Shown here in pieces: positions 1-9,859 of a stretch of 59,679 nucleotides of DNA. The stretch's first letter is position 1. The number at the start of each line of letters is the position of its first letter. A model generated the notes under the pieces. That model ran no database searches. It was given only the letters and a program-made list of their open reading frames with translations, and had not been told where the DNA came from. A program made the position numbers and the translations under genes. This DNA is from an uncultured Anaerostipes sp. (GTDB lineage: Bacteria; Bacillota; Clostridia; Lachnospirales; Lachnospiraceae), in the NCBI GenBank assembly GCA_900756035.1, contig CAAEIR010000387.1, positions 1-59,679 of the forward strand. Reading direction: 5' to 3'.

Positions 1-54
1 CAATATATTAGTGGAAAATATTGGAGAAAGACTGCACTTTTTTCTGTACATCGG

Positions 55-83
55 TTGACAAATTCATAAATTAAGGATAAGAT
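55..83 (+). promoter_or_regulatory. sigma-A-type promoter for 3D-domain gene
   Basis: TTGACA-N17-TAAGAT upstream of ORF 161. Confidence 0.55.
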
Positions 84-160
84 TGTAACATACATTTCAG
101 AAATGTTACAAAATTATTTCGAATTTTAAGAAACTAGTAAAAGAATGAAAAGAGGTTTTT

Positions 161-565
161 ATGCTGAAAGCGATGAAGAAGAAAGTTCTGATCCTGGTGA
201 TGATGCTGGTTACAGCTTCCGGATTCCTGATGACTGGATCAACTTCAACAGATGCAAAAGCAAAGAAAGTAGAGTACTTAGGAAAATACAAATTAACTGC
301 ATACTGTGGATGCAGAAAGTGTAGTGGAAAATGGGGAAATCGTACAGCTTCGGGAAGAAGAGCGAAGCAGGGAAGAACCATTGCCGTTGATAGAAGAAAG
401 ATTAAGCTTGGGACGAAAGTAAGAATTAATGGAAAGACTTATGTTGCCGAGGATGTCGGTGGTGGAGTAAAAGGAAAGCACATTGATGTATACTTCAAGT
501 CTCATAAGAAGACAAAACGTTTTGGAAGAAAAACAGGAGTCAAAGTTTACAAAATAAAAAAATAA
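161..565 (+). CDS. Secreted 3D (Asp-Asp-Asp) domain protein, cell-wall remodelling family
   Basis: Signal peptide; LTAYC..TASG..TIAVD..YVAEDVGGGVKGKHIDVY 3D motif. Confidence 0.9.
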   Translation: MLKAMKKKVLILVMMLVTASGFLMTGSTSTDAKAKKVEYLGKYKLTAYCGCRKCSGKWGNRTASGRRAKQGRTIAVDRRKIKLGTKVRINGKTYVAEDVGGGVKGKHIDVYFKSHKKTKRFGRKTGVKVYKIKK

Positions 566-575
566 TTGAAAAAAC

Positions 576-616
576 AAATCCCTGCGGATGCTTATGCTCG
601 CAGGGATTTATTTTTT
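576..616. terminator. Bidirectional intrinsic terminator
   Basis: AAATCCCTGCG/CGCAGGGATTT stem with A/T tracts between convergent genes. Confidence 0.8.
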
Positions 617-1530
617 TAAAAATTTTCCGGATAGATGCCGTCTGCCCGGAATTGTGTCAGAGCATCAATAACGCTTTGTTTATCTTCCGGATAGGTAACA
701 CCATACCATTGATCTTTAGAGACAAGGACTTCCATTGTAGCTTTTCCCTGATTCAGCAGATCGCTGGCTGCACTTGGAATAAAATATTCACATTTTAAAG
801 GATTAACGGAAAGGGATGTTTTTAAAAATTCTGGAAATCCCTTTTCAAGCTCATCCATGATCATCGGCTGGAATCCAAAGAAATTCATAGAGACTAAGGT
901 TTCAAAAGGAAGTGATTCCCAGGAAACGCCATCGTCTTCTGTGAACTCTGCATGATCCCCTTTCTTTTCAATATGTGTCCGTTCTGTAATAGAAATCAAC
1001 TGATAGTCTTGATCCACTTCACAGATGCCTCTGGATACGGAGCCGTTTTCAGTAACCGTATTTCCGAGATGATAACCGACCATGGCGAACGGTGCTTTCT
1101 CACCAACAATTGGTTTTGTAAGGAAATCTGCCATAACCTGGAATCCGTGGACACCATAATAGTCATCTGCATTAATTACCGCAAAGGGTTCGCTGATAAA
1201 TGGTTTTGCACAGAGGACTGCGTGAGCTGTTCCCCATGGTTTTATACGTCCTTCCGGAAGAAGGAATCCATCAGGCAGACTGTCAACTTCCTGAAAAGCA
1301 TAAAAGACTTCCATATCATCCGGGACGCGACTTCCAACAGTTTCTTTAAAATCTTCTTCAATGGCTTTTTTTATTACAAAAACAACTTTTCCAAATCCTG
1401 CCCGCTTTGCATCGTAAATAGAATAATCAATAATTGCATGTCCCATAGGATCCATAGGATCCATTTGTTTTAATCCGCCGTAACGACTGCCCATACCGGC
1501 GGCAAGAATAACTAAAGCTGGTTTTTTCAT
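616..1530 (-). CDS. Sugar-phosphate nucleotidyltransferase family protein
   Basis: ILAAGMGSRYGGLKQ, KPWGTAHA, INADD motifs; GGGAGG RBS. Confidence 0.85.
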   Translation of the reverse strand: MKKPALVILAAGMGSRYGGLKQMDPMDPMGHAIIDYSIYDAKRAGFGKVVFVIKKAIEEDFKETVGSRVPDDMEVFYAFQEVDSLPDGFLLPEGRIKPWGTAHAVLCAKPFISEPFAVINADDYYGVHGFQVMADFLTKPIVGEKAPFAMVGYHLGNTVTENGSVSRGICEVDQDYQLISITERTHIEKKGDHAEFTEDDGVSWESLPFETLVSMNFFGFQPMIMDELEKGFPEFLKTSLSVNPLKCEYFIPSAASDLLNQGKATMEVLVSKDQWYGVTYPEDKQSVIDALTQFRADGIYPENF

Positions 1531-1565
1531 TTAAAAATAATACCTCCCATATTTTACATTTGAGA

Positions 1566-1606
1566 TAAGTATACCTTATCGTAGGTCGTCCGTCCAGCCC
1601 GAAGCA
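1566..1606 (-). repeat. 41-bp dispersed repeat copy 1, containing a promoter-like TGGACG-N17-TATACT
   Basis: 38/41 identical to 51618-51658. Confidence 0.8.
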
Positions 1607-1691
1607 AAAAGCGATGGAGTTAAAAAGGGAAAAGCAGTATAATGGAGTTATAAGCCTATGTATCAACATTTAAGGAAGAAAGGAGTTTCCC

Positions 1692-3179
1692 ATGAAATGT
1701 AATATACCAAAAGTAAAGATCGGTGTTGTAGCAGTGAGCAGAGACTGTTTTCCCGAAAGTCTATCAGTAAGACGTAGACGCGCATTGATAGAAGCTTATC
1801 AGTCGAAATATCAGGAAGCGGATATATATGAATGTCCGATTTGCATTGTAGAAAGTGAAATTCATATGGTGCAGGCGCTTGAAGATGTCAAACAGGCAGG
1901 GTGTAATGCATTAGTCGTATACCTTGGAAATTTTGGCCCGGAGATTGCAGAGACATTGCTTGCCAAGCATTTTGAAGGACCTAAGATGTTTATAGCAGCG
2001 GCAGAAGAAACTCAGACAGATTTAGTAGATGGACGAGGAGATGCCTATTGCGGCATGTTGAATGCAAGTTATAATTTAAAACTCCGTGGAGTGAAGGTTT
2101 ATATTCCGGAATATCCTGTTGGTACCGCGGCTGAGTGTGCGGATATGATTCATGAATTTCTGCCAATTGCCAGAGCTGTCATAGGGCTTAGGGATTTAAA
2201 AATCATAAGTTTCGGGCCGCGTCCGATGAATTTTCTTGCATGCAATGCTCCAATCCAGCAGTTGTACAATTTGGGAGTAGAGATTGAGGAAAATTCGGAG
2301 TTGGATTTATTTGAGGCATTTAAAAAGCATGAAGGTGACGAGAGAATACCGGGGATTGTAAAAGAAATGGAAGATGAGCTGGGAGAGGGAAATAAGAAAC
2401 CGGAAGTGCTGCCAAGGCTTGCTCAGTATGAGCTCACTCTGAAAGATTGGATAGAAGAGCACAGGGGATATCGTAAATACGTAGCTTTAGCAGGAAAATG
2501 CTGGCCTGCATTCCAGACTCAGTTTGGATTTGTTCCGTGTTATGTTAACAGCCGTTTAACGGAACAGGGGATTCCGGTGTCCTGTGAGGTTGATATTTAT
2601 GGAGCTCTGAGTGAGTTTATCGGTACAGTAGTCAGTGAGGATACAGTAACGCTTCTGGATATTAATAATACGGTCCCGGATGATATGTATAATGAAAGTA
2701 TACAAGGAGTTTATGATTACTGCCACAGAGATACTTTTATGGGATTCCACTGTGGAAATACTGCAAAAAGCAAGCTTTCTTTCTGCGAGATGAAATATCA
2801 GCTGATTATGACAAGGACACTGCCGGAGGAAAGCACACAGGGAACCTTAGAGGGAGATATTCTTCCGGGAGATATTACATTCTTTCGTCTTCAGAGTACT
2901 GCGGATTGCAGGCTGCGTGCATATATTGCCCAGGGAGAGGTGCTTCCGGTTGCAACAAGGTCCTTCGGAGCGATAGGAGTTTTTGCGATTCCGGAGATGG
3001 GCAGATTCTATCGACATGTATTAATCGAGAAGAATTTCCCTCATCATGGGGCAGTTGCGTTCGGAAATTTCGGAAAAAGTTTATTTGAGGTGTTTAAATA
3101 TATAGGCGTTCCTGTAGAAGAGATTGGTTATAATCAACCGGCAGGTGTCAGGTATCCGACAGAAAATCCATGGAACTAA
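1692..3179 (+). CDS. L-fucose/L-arabinose isomerase family protein, probably clostridial xylose isomerase (XylA-II type)
   Basis: VAVSRDCFP, GNFGPE, RGDAYCG, PHHGAV motifs; directly upstream of xylulokinase. Confidence 0.8.
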   Translation: MKCNIPKVKIGVVAVSRDCFPESLSVRRRRALIEAYQSKYQEADIYECPICIVESEIHMVQALEDVKQAGCNALVVYLGNFGPEIAETLLAKHFEGPKMFIAAAEETQTDLVDGRGDAYCGMLNASYNLKLRGVKVYIPEYPVGTAAECADMIHEFLPIARAVIGLRDLKIISFGPRPMNFLACNAPIQQLYNLGVEIEENSELDLFEAFKKHEGDERIPGIVKEMEDELGEGNKKPEVLPRLAQYELTLKDWIEEHRGYRKYVALAGKCWPAFQTQFGFVPCYVNSRLTEQGIPVSCEVDIYGALSEFIGTVVSEDTVTLLDINNTVPDDMYNESIQGVYDYCHRDTFMGFHCGNTAKSKLSFCEMKYQLIMTRTLPEESTQGTLEGDILPGDITFFRLQSTADCRLRAYIAQGEVLPVATRSFGAIGVFAIPEMGRFYRHVLIEKNFPHHGAVAFGNFGKSLFEVFKYIGVPVEEIGYNQPAGVRYPTENPWN

Positions 3180-3205
3180 TATGAAAGTAAAAAAGGAGAT
3201 TTGTT

Positions 3206-4681
3206 ATGCTGTTTATAGGAGTAGATCTTGGGACATCAGCAGTAAAATTGCTGCTAATGGATGAAGAAGGGAAAATTCATAAAATTATATCAAAAGAATA
3301 CGAACTGTATTTTCCACATTCCGGATGGTCAGAGCAGAAGCCGGAAGATTGGCTGAAGCAGTCTTTGGAGGGAATCAAAGAATTGACGGAAGGATGCGAC
3401 AAGAGTCAGGTCGCAGGAATCAGTTTCGGGGGGCAGATGCATGGTCTGGTTGTTTTGGATGAGGAAGATCAGGTGATTCGTCCGGCAATTCTATGGAATG
3501 ATGGAAGAACGGAAAAGGAAACACAGTATTTAAATGAGGTTATAGGAAAAGACCAATTATCAAAATATACGGCAAATATTGCATTTACAGGATTTACAGC
3601 ACCGAAAATTTTATGGATGAAAAGGAAGGAGCCTGATAATTTTAAAAGAATTTCCAAGATTATGCTTCCAAAAGATTATCTTGCTTATAAATTGTCCGGA
3701 AGTTTTTGCACAGATTATTCAGATGCCTCAGGAATGCTTCTGCTGGATGTAGAACATAAATGCTGGTCAAAAGAAATGCTTGAGATTTGTGGAGTTAGGG
3801 AGGAACAGCTTCCAAAGCTTTATGAAAGTTATGAAGTGGTTGGAAATCTAAAATCAGAAATAGCGCAAATGCTCGGGCTTTCAGAGACTGTAAAAGTAAT
3901 TGCGGGTGCAGGAGATAATGCTGCTGCAGCGGTTGGAACCGGAACCGTGGGAGACGGGATGTGTAATATCTCTCTTGGCACATCCGGGACAATTTTCATT
4001 TCCAGCAGGTCATTCGGGGTGGATCAAAACAATGCGCTCCATTCTTTTGACCATGCCGACGGATATTATCATTTAATGGGGTGTATGCTCAGTGCCGCCT
4101 CCTGCAATAAATGGTGGATGGAAGAAATTTTAAGGACAAAAGAGTACGGAAAAGAGCAGGAAGGTATTGAGAAACTGGGAGAAAATCAGGTGTTTTATCT
4201 TCCATATTTAATGGGAGAAAGGTCTCCTCACAATGATCCAAAGGCCAGAGCGGTATTTCTTGGAATGGCGATGGATACAACGAGAGAAGAGATGACCCAG
4301 GCAGTGTTAGAGGGAGTAGCCTTTGGACTGAGGGATTCCTTAGAAGTTGCGAGAAGCCTCGGAATGAAAATTGAACGGACAAAAATCTGCGGTGGCGGGG
4401 CGAAGAGTTCTCTGTGGAAAAAAATTATTGCAAATGTGATGAATCTGAAAGTAGATGTCATTGAAAGTGAGGAAGGTCCGGGATACGGTGCGGCAATGCT
4501 GGCGGCAGTCGGATGTGGAGTATATAAAGATGTCCAGGAGGCAGCAGAGAAATTAGTTAAGGTAGTTGATACTGTAGAGCCTGAAGCTGAGTTAGTATCA
4601 AAATATGAAGAAAGATATTGTAAGTTTAAAGCGATATATCCTGTATTGAAAGATGTGTTTAGGGAGAATCAACAATGTTAA
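3206..4681 (+). CDS. xylB: Xylulokinase
   Basis: FGGY kinase: GVDLGTS, GQMHG, ILWNDGR, GAGDNAAAA, PYLMGERSP. Confidence 0.88.
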   Translation: MLFIGVDLGTSAVKLLLMDEEGKIHKIISKEYELYFPHSGWSEQKPEDWLKQSLEGIKELTEGCDKSQVAGISFGGQMHGLVVLDEEDQVIRPAILWNDGRTEKETQYLNEVIGKDQLSKYTANIAFTGFTAPKILWMKRKEPDNFKRISKIMLPKDYLAYKLSGSFCTDYSDASGMLLLDVEHKCWSKEMLEICGVREEQLPKLYESYEVVGNLKSEIAQMLGLSETVKVIAGAGDNAAAAVGTGTVGDGMCNISLGTSGTIFISSRSFGVDQNNALHSFDHADGYYHLMGCMLSAASCNKWWMEEILRTKEYGKEQEGIEKLGENQVFYLPYLMGERSPHNDPKARAVFLGMAMDTTREEMTQAVLEGVAFGLRDSLEVARSLGMKIERTKICGGGAKSSLWKKIIANVMNLKVDVIESEEGPGYGAAMLAAVGCGVYKDVQEAAEKLVKVVDTVEPEAELVSKYEERYCKFKAIYPVLKDVFRENQQC

Positions 4682-6600
4682 ATCAACGGCAAATTGAAAT
4701 TTTACTGGAATTTTGTAACCATACAGAAGAATATTTAACAGCGTCTTATTTTGCGGAGAAATTAAATGTAAGTCTGCGGACGGTTCAGGGAGATATGAAA
4801 GCGATCAAACAGGAACTGGAAGAGGAGTCCTGTGCCTGCATTGTTTCGAAAGCATCCAAAGGAAGTTGTATTGAAGTGAGAGATTCCGATGAGTTTTCTG
4901 CTTTTGTCAATTCCCTCTATCAGCAGTATACGACGGTTTCTCTAAACTATCCTACCAGCAGGATCAGTAAGATTCTATTGCTTCTTCTGAATCGACATCG
5001 GGCGGTAACTCTTTCTGAAATGGAAGATAAGTTTTTTGTTTCAAAATCTACTTTGCAGAATGATCTTCGAAAAGCAGAAGAAATCCTTTCTAAGTTTCAT
5101 TTGGAATTAATGAAGGGAAGCAATAAAGTCATGATCGATGGATTTGAAATCAATAAACGGCGGTGTCTTGCCGAACAGGATCTATATCTTGCTCATATTA
5201 AAAATGAGAGAGGAATGTCTTATATTGATGAGCGTCAGCTGGCAAAGATTAAAAATATTCTTACAGAAAAGTTTGTGGAACATAAGTTTCACATTATGGA
5301 TACTGATTTTAATAATGCAATTTTGTTTTTGAATATTTCTATCTGTCGTGCGGGAGACGGATTTTATATTCAGCCCAACGAACTGGATATTACAGCCCAG
5401 CAGTTGGGAAATGAATATGAAATTGCAAAAGATGTTTTTGAAAAGATCGGGCGGAGATTCTTTCTAAAGATTACAGAAGAGGAGATTCTTTATTTTGCAT
5501 TGTATTTAAAAGGGCAGGGAAATAATCGAGACTCAGATACCATTACACCGGAAATGGATGCATTTATTTCAGAGGCACTGGAATCAATTCGGGAGAATTT
5601 CGGAGTGGATTTTACAGATAATGTAAATTTAAGAATCACTCTGGCGCTTCATTGCGTATCTTTAAGTATTCGGCTCCAGTATAATATGCAAATGAAAAAT
5701 GATATGTTGGATTATATTCGGGAAACTTTCCCGTTAGGATATGATATTGGAGCATATTTTGGATTCTTATTATCTCGACAATACGGGGAAAAAGTAACAG
5801 AAGATGAGATTGCCCTTTTGGCAGTTCATTTTTACAGCAGCCTGTTAGAATTAAATCAGCGTTCGGATAAGGTGAAAATTCTTGTTATCTCTTCTCTGAA
5901 AAACAGTATGACACTTTTATTAAAGCAGACGCTTCTCCGGTGGTTTTCCGATCGGGTAAAGGCTGTAGATTTTGTTAATGCCATTGAGGTTACAGAAGAG
6001 ATGCTGGACGAATACGAAATTTTCCTAACTACCGAGAAGGAAGATTTTTTTGAGAAAGGTCTCGCTATGTATGTGGATGCATTTCCGAATCAGCATGATT
6101 ATATGAATATTAAGTTAAATTTGGATGGATTTAAGAAGATCGAAGATATTTTAGATATTTTTCATCCAGAATTATTCGAACAGGTAAAGAATTCATCCAA
6201 AGAAGAGATTCTAAAAAGTTTATGTGATAAATCTTCAGAATACTTTCAGATTGATGACTTATACTCACAGGTATTGGAAAGAGAAAAGATTGGAAGTACT
6301 TTTTTCAGTAAACAGATTGCGGTACCGCATCCAATGTATGCGGTGTCTTCGGATACTTTCGTTTCTGTTTGTATTTCAAAACAGTCGGTTGTATGGGATG
6401 AAGAGAGTAATGAGGTTCATCTGGTGATGCTGATGCATATCGGGAAAAACAATAACCAGGCATTTCAGTTGTGGGATTACATATCAAAAATTTTTGCAGA
6501 TAAGATGCTTGTGGAAAAACTTTTAGAAAAACCGACTTACAATAATTTCCTTGATTTAATGAAAGAAGCATTAGAGGTAGGAATCCATAACGCAGAATAG
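4675..6600 (+). CDS. BglG/MtlR-type PRD-containing transcriptional regulator (HTH-Mga-PRD-EIIB-EIIA)
   Basis: N-terminal HTH (VSLRTVQGD, VSKSTLQNDL), PRD histidines LALH/LAVH, C-terminal EIIA IAVPHP. Confidence 0.85.
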   Translation: MLNQRQIEILLEFCNHTEEYLTASYFAEKLNVSLRTVQGDMKAIKQELEEESCACIVSKASKGSCIEVRDSDEFSAFVNSLYQQYTTVSLNYPTSRISKILLLLLNRHRAVTLSEMEDKFFVSKSTLQNDLRKAEEILSKFHLELMKGSNKVMIDGFEINKRRCLAEQDLYLAHIKNERGMSYIDERQLAKIKNILTEKFVEHKFHIMDTDFNNAILFLNISICRAGDGFYIQPNELDITAQQLGNEYEIAKDVFEKIGRRFFLKITEEEILYFALYLKGQGNNRDSDTITPEMDAFISEALESIRENFGVDFTDNVNLRITLALHCVSLSIRLQYNMQMKNDMLDYIRETFPLGYDIGAYFGFLLSRQYGEKVTEDEIALLAVHFYSSLLELNQRSDKVKILVISSLKNSMTLLLKQTLLRWFSDRVKAVDFVNAIEVTEEMLDEYEIFLTTEKEDFFEKGLAMYVDAFPNQHDYMNIKLNLDGFKKIEDILDIFHPELFEQVKNSSKEEILKSLCDKSSEYFQIDDLYSQVLEREKIGSTFFSKQIAVPHPMYAVSSDTFVSVCISKQSVVWDEESNEVHLVMLMHIGKNNNQAFQLWDYISKIFADKMLVEKLLEKPTYNNFLDLMKEALEVGIHNAE

Positions 6601-6806
6601 GGAAGCAAAAAATAGGTGGGCAGGCAGTAAAGCGGATATTTATAATCCTCTTTACTGCCTGCCCATAAACTGATGTTCATAATATCACTTAGGTCCATTC
6701 CATGTTTTGACATGCGAAGAACCATTTGTGATTGTGTATGTTGTTTTCCAATTCTAAATCCTTCCCGTTTTCCTTCTTGGATTAATTCATTGATGGCATT
6801 GCACAT
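6537..6806 (-). pseudogene. Stand-alone C-terminal fragment of an Rpn/PD-(D/E)XK putative transposase
   Basis: KKGEFY-MCNAINELIQEGKREG...MVLRMSKHGMDLSDI resembles the C-terminus of this family; AAAGGAG RBS; no nuclease domain upstream. Confidence 0.5.
6616..6666. terminator. Long-stem terminator between convergent units
   Basis: GTGGGCAGGCAGTAAAG...CTTTACTGCCTGCCCAT; T tract on minus side. Confidence 0.75.
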
Positions 6807-6952
6807 ATAAAATTCTCCTTTCTTTGTCTTCTCTGTATTGTATCACGGTAAATATAAATTATAAACTGTTATAAAATGAAAAATCCAAGAAGGAGATCAT
6901 AGAAAAAGGAATGTTCTTCTTATTGGATTTATATGAATAAATAGTGCTTCTT

Positions 6953-7834
6953 TTATGAATTAATGATGCTTACCAGATTTGCAGCAGTTTTACTTACGTT
7001 TTCTACGGCTTCCATACTTAATTCAATGACACTGCAAGCGTTATGATTTTTCTCATAAGCTGCTCCGAAAGTTGAAACAAAGGCTTTTCTGAGATCAGAT
7101 CCGTAGTTTACTTTCAGCAGATTGAATTCTTTGGCTTTTCTGATCGTATCAAATGGAATACCAGAGCCTCCATGCATGACAAGAGGAACTGGTGAAATTT
7201 TTGAAATCTTTTCTAAAAGTTCAAGATCTACTTTTGGCTCAATATCCAGTCCGTGGACATTTCCTACCGCAACGGCGAGGAGATCACATCCGGTTTGTGC
7301 CACAAAATCAGCTACCATATCAGGATCTGTCTTCGCATCTGCTTCATTTACAATATCTTCTTCTTTTCCCTGAAGGCATCCAAGCTCTGCTTCTACCGGA
7401 ACATTGTAAAAATGACAATATTCTACTGCGCGTTTGACTTCTTCAATATTTTCTTCAAAAGGAAGATGGGATGCGTCGATCATAATAGAAGTAAATCCGG
7501 CATTGACACATGCCTTTACATCTTCATAGGATTTTCCGTGATCCAGATGAAGTCCGATCGGAACATCACTGTCCGCCAGCGCTTTCTTTGTTAAATAGAC
7601 GATGGCTTCCGGATCGGATAATCTTAAATTGTTAGAAGAAATCTGGATATATCCAGGAAGTTTTGCCTGGTTTAAACCTTTGGCAATGGCATATGTCATT
7701 TCAAGGTTGGTTGTGTTAAATGCAGGAAGCATATAATGATGATTCTTTGCATATTTCATCAGATCAAAACCATTTACAATTTTCATTGTTCTTATAACGG
7801 TTGTTGTCAGAGTATATTTGTTCGTACCCTGCAC
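6953..7834 (-). CDS. Class II fructose/tagatose-bisphosphate aldolase family
   Basis: PAFN, LHLDHG, SIMIDAS, VEAELG, GNVHG, VMHGGSG; GTG start with AAGGAGG RBS (alternative ATG at 7786). Confidence 0.88.
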   Translation of the reverse strand: MQGTNKYTLTTTVIRTMKIVNGFDLMKYAKNHHYMLPAFNTTNLEMTYAIAKGLNQAKLPGYIQISSNNLRLSDPEAIVYLTKKALADSDVPIGLHLDHGKSYEDVKACVNAGFTSIMIDASHLPFEENIEEVKRAVEYCHFYNVPVEAELGCLQGKEEDIVNEADAKTDPDMVADFVAQTGCDLLAVAVGNVHGLDIEPKVDLELLEKISKISPVPLVMHGGSGIPFDTIRKAKEFNLLKVNYGSDLRKAFVSTFGAAYEKNHNACSVIELSMEAVENVSKTAANLVSIINS

Positions 7835-7944
7835 CGTTTCCTCCTTCTTAATTTTTAATCAGTTATTGGATATTCTTGTTTCACCTGTACGTACCAAGCT
7901 TGCCCTTATTATATATAGAAAAAGTGTTTCAGAAATCTTATTTA

Positions 7945-8009
7945 TTGCGTTAAACTTTGCGCAAACAATAAGAAAGATGAAAATAAAAATTGCACAAAGA
8001 ATTGCGTAA
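7945..8009. promoter_or_regulatory. Candidate PRD-regulator operator pair
   Basis: TTGCGTTAAACTTTGCGCAA (7945) and TTGCACAAAGAATTGCGTAA (7990) are imperfect inverted copies in the divergent promoter region. Confidence 0.4.
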
Positions 8010-8150
8010 TAAATCATGCAATGGGCTGACAGAAAATGCGGTAATGATGGTGCAAATGTTTATGAAAAAAGCCGGAAACCCCATGCTATACTAAAGGCAC
8101 ATCAAAGGCGGTGGGTTGAAAGCCGAAAATAAAAAATAGGAGGAAGAATT

Positions 8151-8567
8151 ATGAAGGTCATCGCGGTATCTCATGGAAGTTATTCCAAAGGTCTTTTTGA
8201 TAGTGTGCAGATGCTGGTGGGAGAGCAGGAAAATTTTGTGGCATACGGTTTATTTCCGGAACAGACAGTTTCAACATTAACAGAGCAGTTGGAAGAGGAA
8301 GTAAAAAAGACGCCCAAAGGGGAGGAAATCTTATTTCTAACAGATTTATTCCACGGAAGCCCATTTAACGCAGTAGTTTCTTTGATGAGAAATTATCAAT
8401 TTTATCATATTACTGGGATTAATCTTCCATTGACAGTGGAGGTTATGATGGGGCGGTATGCAGACAAGAGCGCAGAGGAGATCTGCAAAGGAATTCTCGA
8501 AACAGCACCAGATACAGTGAAATATGTTAACCAGTTATTTGAAGATGAAGAGGAGGATGAAGAATGA
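8151..8567 (+). CDS. PTS mannose/fructose/sorbose family EIIA
   Basis: AVSHG phospho-His, LTDLFHGSPFN, GINLP. Confidence 0.92.
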   Translation: MKVIAVSHGSYSKGLFDSVQMLVGEQENFVAYGLFPEQTVSTLTEQLEEEVKKTPKGEEILFLTDLFHGSPFNAVVSLMRNYQFYHITGINLPLTVEVMMGRYADKSAEEICKGILETAPDTVKYVNQLFEDEEEDEE

Positions 8568-9049
8568 AAAATGTTGTATTGGCAAGAGTAGATGATCGTT
8601 TGATTCATGGAGAAGTTGTTTCTGTCTGGACACCAAGTCTGAATGTTAACCGGATTATTGTAGTGGATGATGAGGTGGCAGCAGATAAATTTAATAAGCG
8701 TGTCATCAAGGCACTGGCACCAAACGGAGTCAAAGTAAATGTATATTCTACAGAAAAAGGCGCAGATATTTTACAGCGTGATTCCAAAGAGCCAAATGAG
8801 AGGGTGATGATTCTTACAAAAACACCGATTACCTATGACAGAATGGCAGATATGGGACTTCAATTAAGTGAAATCAATCTGGGGGGAATGGGACTTCGCG
8901 GAGAAAGAACACCGTTTATCAAAAATGTCGCATGTTCACCGGATGAGATTACAGCGATTAAGAACTTAAGAGAAAAGAATGTTCATGTTTATTATCAATT
9001 AGTACCGGAACAGCAGGTAATTGAAGTGGATGGATATTTGGACAAATAA
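8564..9049 (+). CDS. PTS mannose family EIIB
   Basis: RVDDRLIHGE, INLGGM. Confidence 0.92.
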   Translation: MKNVVLARVDDRLIHGEVVSVWTPSLNVNRIIVVDDEVAADKFNKRVIKALAPNGVKVNVYSTEKGADILQRDSKEPNERVMILTKTPITYDRMADMGLQLSEINLGGMGLRGERTPFIKNVACSPDEITAIKNLREKNVHVYYQLVPEQQVIEVDGYLDK

Positions 9050-9064
9050 AAGGAGGAAATTTAT

Positions 9065-9859
9065 ATGGAAATGACCATTATACAGGCAGTACTATGCGGA
9101 GTCGTTTACTGGCTTGCTGTTGGAAACCTGCCGTTTGTAGGATTATGGTCACTGCAAAGACCTTTGGTATGCGGTATGATCACAGGTTTGATTCTGGGAC
9201 ATCCGGTACAGGGGGCAGTGATTGGAGCAACTATCAACCTTGTATATCTTGGATTTATGTCTGCGGGAGGAAGTATGCCGGCGGATATGGGACTGGCAGG
9301 AGTCCTGGGAACTGCCTACGCTATTGTGGGAGGGCTGGACACAGATACAGCGCTGGCTCTTGCAGTGCCAATCGGAATTCTCGGAACCCTCGTGTGGGCA
9401 GGACGTATGACATTTGACTGCTTTTTTGTTCACATGGCAGATAAATATATTGAGAAAGAACAGTACAATAAAATCTGGATTGCCAATGTTTTGCTTCCTC
9501 AGATTATGTGCTTTTGCATGACCGCAATTCCATGTGCGCTGGCAGCGTATTTTGGATCAAATTATATTCAGGGAATCTTAGCTGTATTAAGTGGAAAGGT
9601 ACTGACTGTCTTCCAGATTATCGGTGGTTTAATGCCGGCCCTTGGAATTGCGATTACTCTGCAATATATCTTTAAAGGAGAATCCAGAGTCTTCTTATTT
9701 GCAGGATTTTTACTGGCAGTCTATTCTAAATTACCACTGCTTACCTTAGGTGTGATTGCGCTGTTAGTAGCGATTGTATATGTTCAGGCAACTTCTGCGG
9801 CAAAACCAGCCACAGCAGGTGCAGATTATGATGATGAAGATGATGAGGAGGACGACTAA
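9065..9859 (+). CDS. PTS mannose family EIIC
   Basis: RPLVCG, GGSMPAD, GGLMPALG; hydrophobic. Confidence 0.92.
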   Translation: MEMTIIQAVLCGVVYWLAVGNLPFVGLWSLQRPLVCGMITGLILGHPVQGAVIGATINLVYLGFMSAGGSMPADMGLAGVLGTAYAIVGGLDTDTALALAVPIGILGTLVWAGRMTFDCFFVHMADKYIEKEQYNKIWIANVLLPQIMCFCMTAIPCALAAYFGSNYIQGILAVLSGKVLTVFQIIGGLMPALGIAITLQYIFKGESRVFLFAGFLLAVYSKLPLLTLGVIALLVAIVYVQATSAAKPATAGADYDDEDDEEDD

